Assembly (NCBI GenBank): GCA_902566515.1
Contig: CACFIX010000001.1
Coordinates: 32,220-96,219, forward strand
Source: an uncultured Candidatus Actinomarina sp.
GTDB lineage: Bacteria; Actinomycetota; Acidimicrobiia; Actinomarinales; Actinomarinaceae
Reading direction: 5' to 3'
Length of the DNA: 64,000 nucleotides
The stretch's first letter is position 1; every line of letters starts with the position of its first letter. The notes below the pieces were generated by a model. That model did no database searches. It was not told where the DNA came from and saw nothing but the letters and a program-made list of their open reading frames with translations. A program made the translations under genes and the position numbers. Positions 60,889 to 64,000 of this stretch are shown here, piece after piece.

Positions 60889-63387
60889 GTGGTAATTCTC
60901 ATAGATGGTCATAGCATTGCTTTTAGAGCATTTTATGCACTTCCCGATTCTCTTGTTACAAAAGAAGGATTTCCTACGAACGTAATTCATGGTTTCTTGA
61001 TGATGATTTCTAAAATTATAAAAGATTTTGATACTGATAAATTAATAATTACATGGGATGTATCAAAAAAAACCTTTAGAACAGATTTATATAAAGATTA
61101 TAAAGGAAATAGAAAATCTGCTCCTGATGAATTCAAAATACAAGTAAAGGTTTTACAAAAACTAATAGAAAAATTCAATATTCCACAAGTATCTGTAGAA
61201 GGCTATGAAGCAGATGATGTACTCGGAACACTTTCAAAAAGTTTCAATGATAATAATGAAGAAGTTTTGATAGTAACTGGTGATAGAGATTCTTTTCAGC
61301 TAATAGGTGATAAAACAAATGTACTTTATACAAAAAGGGGAATTTCAGAAGTTGAGAGATTTGGTAAAGCAGAGTTTGAAGAAAAATTTAAAATTTCAAC
61401 TTCTCAATACATTGAATATTTAGGGTTAAAAGGTGATTCATCAGACAACATTCCAGGACTGCCAGGAGTAGGTGAAAAAACAGCAATTAATTTGCTTTCT
61501 GATTATGAAAATATAGAAAATATATATAAGAATCTTGATGACTTAACACCAAAATTAAGAGATACGTTCCAAGATAATAAAGATTTGCTGATGCTTAGTA
61601 AAGATCTTGCAACAATAAAGAGAGATTTAGACATTGATTTACCAGAAACAAAAATAAAAGATTCTATTTTTTTTAATGAGGAAGTGCTCGAAAATGCAAA
61701 AGATGAAATTATGAAATATGAACTAACAAGATTTTTAGGGGAAAGAAAAGATAGTACCATAATTAATAATTCTGAAGAACTAAAAATTGAATTTATTAAA
61801 GAAAAAATTGCTGATGAAAGTATAGTTTTTAATGTTGAAAATAAAAATTACTTTGTGAATAATAAATCATTTGGTGAATTTGAATCATTAGAACAATTTA
61901 ATAAGATAATTTCAATGTCATCACAAACATTTGCTCTAAATACAGAATTTGAGCTTAATATAGAAACTTTCTTGGCTTTTGATTGTTATTTGTTTTTAAA
62001 TGACCCAAGCATTAAACCAGACAATCTATTAAATATTGTCTATTACATTGATAAATATTCTGAAATTAATAAAAAATCAAATCTGACTGAATATTTATTA
62101 TTTTTTCAAAATAATTTTGATAATATAAAAAAACAATCCACAGACTTTAAAAAAGATAAAAAACTGTCCCAGATATACAAAGATATAGATTTTCCAATGT
62201 TAAACATTTTGTCTTCAATGGAAAAGGACGGCATATCGGTTTCGTTACCTAAGATGAAAAAACTATCAAAACAATTATTTAAAGAATTAGAATCTTTAAT
62301 CAATAAATGTTATGAGATTACAAATCAAGAATTTAATTTAAATTCTCCAAAACAACTTTCTGAAATATTTTATACTCAAATGAATTTTCCAGTTCTTAAA
62401 AAAACACCCAAAGGAGCGCCGTCTACAGATGCTTCAGTTTTAGAGGAATTATCAAAAGAACATGACTTACCAAAATATATTTTAAAATATAGAGAATTAG
62501 AAAAAATTAGATCAACATATGTTGATGGTTTAATTCCAGAAGTAACTAAACATAATAAAATTCACACTCACTTCAATTTATTTGGAACAGCAACAGGAAG
62601 ATTATCATCAGAAAAACCAAACCTACAAAATATTCCTAACAAGACAGATTTGGGTCAAAAAATAAGAGATTTCTTTATCAGTAAACCTAATTTTTCATTT
62701 ATTATCGCTGATTATTCTCAAATAGAGTTAAGGGTTCTTGCTCATTTGAGTCAAGATTCTACAATGATCGAAATATTAAAAAATAAAAAATCAGATATAC
62801 ATTCTGAAACTGCTTCTCGCATATTTAATGTACCAATAGGAGATGTTACTTCAGATATGAGAAGAAAAGCAAAAGAAGTAAATTTTGGCTTAATTTACGG
62901 GATGGAAGCCTTTGGACTTTCCAAAAGTTTAGATATAGAACAAAAAGAAGCTTCACAATTAATTGAATCTTATTTTTCTCAATTTCCTAAGATTAAAGGG
63001 TTTTTAGATAATATAGTCTTAAAAGCAACAAAAGATTCATTTACTGAAACTCTAATTGGTAGAAAAAGATATATTCGTGAACTAAATTCATCAAATTTTC
63101 AAGTTAAAGCTGCAGGGAAAAGAATAGCTATGAATGCTCCAATTCAGGGTACTGCTGCAGATATCATGAAAATTGCGATGATCAAAGTTGTGCATAAAAT
63201 AAAAGATTTAGACCAAACAAAATTACTTTTACAAATACATGACGAAATTATTATTGAAACCAAGAATTCATTAAGTTCCAAAGTAGAAAAAACTATTATT
63301 TCTGAAATGGAAAAAGCTATGAAATTAGACGTCCCTTTATTTGTAAATACTAAAGTATCTGGATCACTTGCAAATTTTAATAATTAG
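60889..63387 (+). CDS. polA: DNA polymerase I
   Basis: IDGHS..FRAFYA, YEADD, GDSSDNIPG, TGRLSS, DYSQIELR, FGLIYG, IQGTAAD, QIHDE. Confidence 0.97.
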   Translation: MVILIDGHSIAFRAFYALPDSLVTKEGFPTNVIHGFLMMISKIIKDFDTDKLIITWDVSKKTFRTDLYKDYKGNRKSAPDEFKIQVKVLQKLIEKFNIPQVSVEGYEADDVLGTLSKSFNDNNEEVLIVTGDRDSFQLIGDKTNVLYTKRGISEVERFGKAEFEEKFKISTSQYIEYLGLKGDSSDNIPGLPGVGEKTAINLLSDYENIENIYKNLDDLTPKLRDTFQDNKDLLMLSKDLATIKRDLDIDLPETKIKDSIFFNEEVLENAKDEIMKYELTRFLGERKDSTIINNSEELKIEFIKEKIADESIVFNVENKNYFVNNKSFGEFESLEQFNKIISMSSQTFALNTEFELNIETFLAFDCYLFLNDPSIKPDNLLNIVYYIDKYSEINKKSNLTEYLLFFQNNFDNIKKQSTDFKKDKKLSQIYKDIDFPMLNILSSMEKDGISVSLPKMKKLSKQLFKELESLINKCYEITNQEFNLNSPKQLSEIFYTQMNFPVLKKTPKGAPSTDASVLEELSKEHDLPKYILKYRELEKIRSTYVDGLIPEVTKHNKIHTHFNLFGTATGRLSSEKPNLQNIPNKTDLGQKIRDFFISKPNFSFIIADYSQIELRVLAHLSQDSTMIEILKNKKSDIHSETASRIFNVPIGDVTSDMRRKAKEVNFGLIYGMEAFGLSKSLDIEQKEASQLIESYFSQFPKIKGFLDNIVLKATKDSFTETLIGRKRYIRELNSSNFQVKAAGKRIAMNAPIQGTAADIMKIAMIKVVHKIKDLDQTKLLLQIHDEIIIETKNSLSSKVEKTIISEMEKAMKLDVPLFVNTKVSGSLANFNN

Positions 63388-63452
63388 TTTGTAAAAAACT
63401 CAGATATGTTATTCTTATTGACGCAACACTATGATTGGAAAAAACTTAAATA

Positions 63453-64000
63453 ATGGCAAATAATAGCGACGAGGCATTAGTGCCCTCCAACGTAGTCTCT
63501 CTTCCAGATGATATAAAACCTGAGGATTTTCCGGAGCTTCTAGAACAAACTTTAGTATCTTTCAACAATGGCGATGTTATTGAAGGGACAATTGTAAGAG
63601 TTGACAGAAATGAAGTTATGGTTGATGTTGGTTATAAGTCAGAGGGTGTTATTCCATCAAGAGAGCTTTCTGTAAGAAAAGGTGTCAATCCTAAAGAAAT
63701 AGTAAATGAAGGTGACAAAATCCAAGCTTTAGTTTTAGACAAAGAAGACGATGAAGGAAGACTCATTCTTTCCGTTAAAAGAGCAGTCTATGAAAAAGCT
63801 TGGGAAGACATTCAAGAAATATCAGACAATAAGAAATCTATTAAAGGTACAGTTATTGAATCAGTCAAAGGCGGTCTCATTGTAGATATTGGTGTAAGAG
63901 GTTTTTTACCAGCGTCATTGATTGACGTCAGAAGAGTTAAAGAGCTTTCTTCATATATCGGTGAAGAAATTGAAGCAAAAATTTTAGAACTTGATAGACA
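63453..64000 (+). CDS. rpsA: 30S ribosomal protein S1 (3'-truncated by window edge; not in the ORF track)
   Basis: Translates MANNSDEAL...FNNGDVIEGTIVRVDRNEVMVDVGYKSEGVIPSRELS...KGGLIVDIGVRGFLPASL. Confidence 0.95.
   Translation, partial: MANNSDEALVPSNVVSLPDDIKPEDFPELLEQTLVSFNNGDVIEGTIVRVDRNEVMVDVGYKSEGVIPSRELSVRKGVNPKEIVNEGDKIQALVLDKEDDEGRLILSVKRAVYEKAWEDIQEISDNKKSIKGTVIESVKGGLIVDIGVRGFLPASLIDVRRVKELSSYIGEEIEAKILELDR

Overview
AT-rich (roughly 30% GC by eye), very gene-dense bacterial chromosome segment made almost entirely of core genes. Gene content and synteny are actinobacterial: Nif3/zinc-ribbon/RNase HI/rnpB, DnaQ-UvrC fusion, DUF3040 near mraZ, ftsZ-pgeF-yggS-sepF-yggT with no ftsA, ileS-dksA-lspA-rluA-dnaE, tRNA-Leu-polA-rpsA, and an F420-type LLM enzyme. 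With the low GC and overlapping genes, this suggests a streamlined Acidimicrobiia such as Ca. Actinomarina (inference). Contents: partial RND/MMPL transporter, RNase P RNA, a System I cytochrome c maturation operon, ilvBNC-leuAB with a leader-peptide attenuator, queG, ilvD, the dcw cluster, ileS, dnaE, thyX, nth, ccdA, tRNA-Leu(CAA), polA and the start of rpsA. I saw no mobile elements, prophage or CRISPR. The most interesting signals are non-coding. (1) A hairpin between mraZ and rsmH (mraW-motif-like) buries the rsmH start codon, and its apical region is complementary over 16 bp to the mraZ RBS and start codon about 460 nt upstream, a candidate long-range RNA switch. (2) The dcw cluster also carries 10-bp phased MraZ boxes on its promoter, a MerR-type palindrome before ftsZ and an adjacent Rv1830/McdR-like regulator. 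(3) An unannotated, apparently leaderless 16-aa Ile/Val/Leu leader peptide precedes ilvB with a full 1:2/2:3/3:4 attenuator. (4) TANNNT-N6/7-start (leaderless) architecture is pervasive. (5) divIVA, murF and ccmD are missing from their usual positions.
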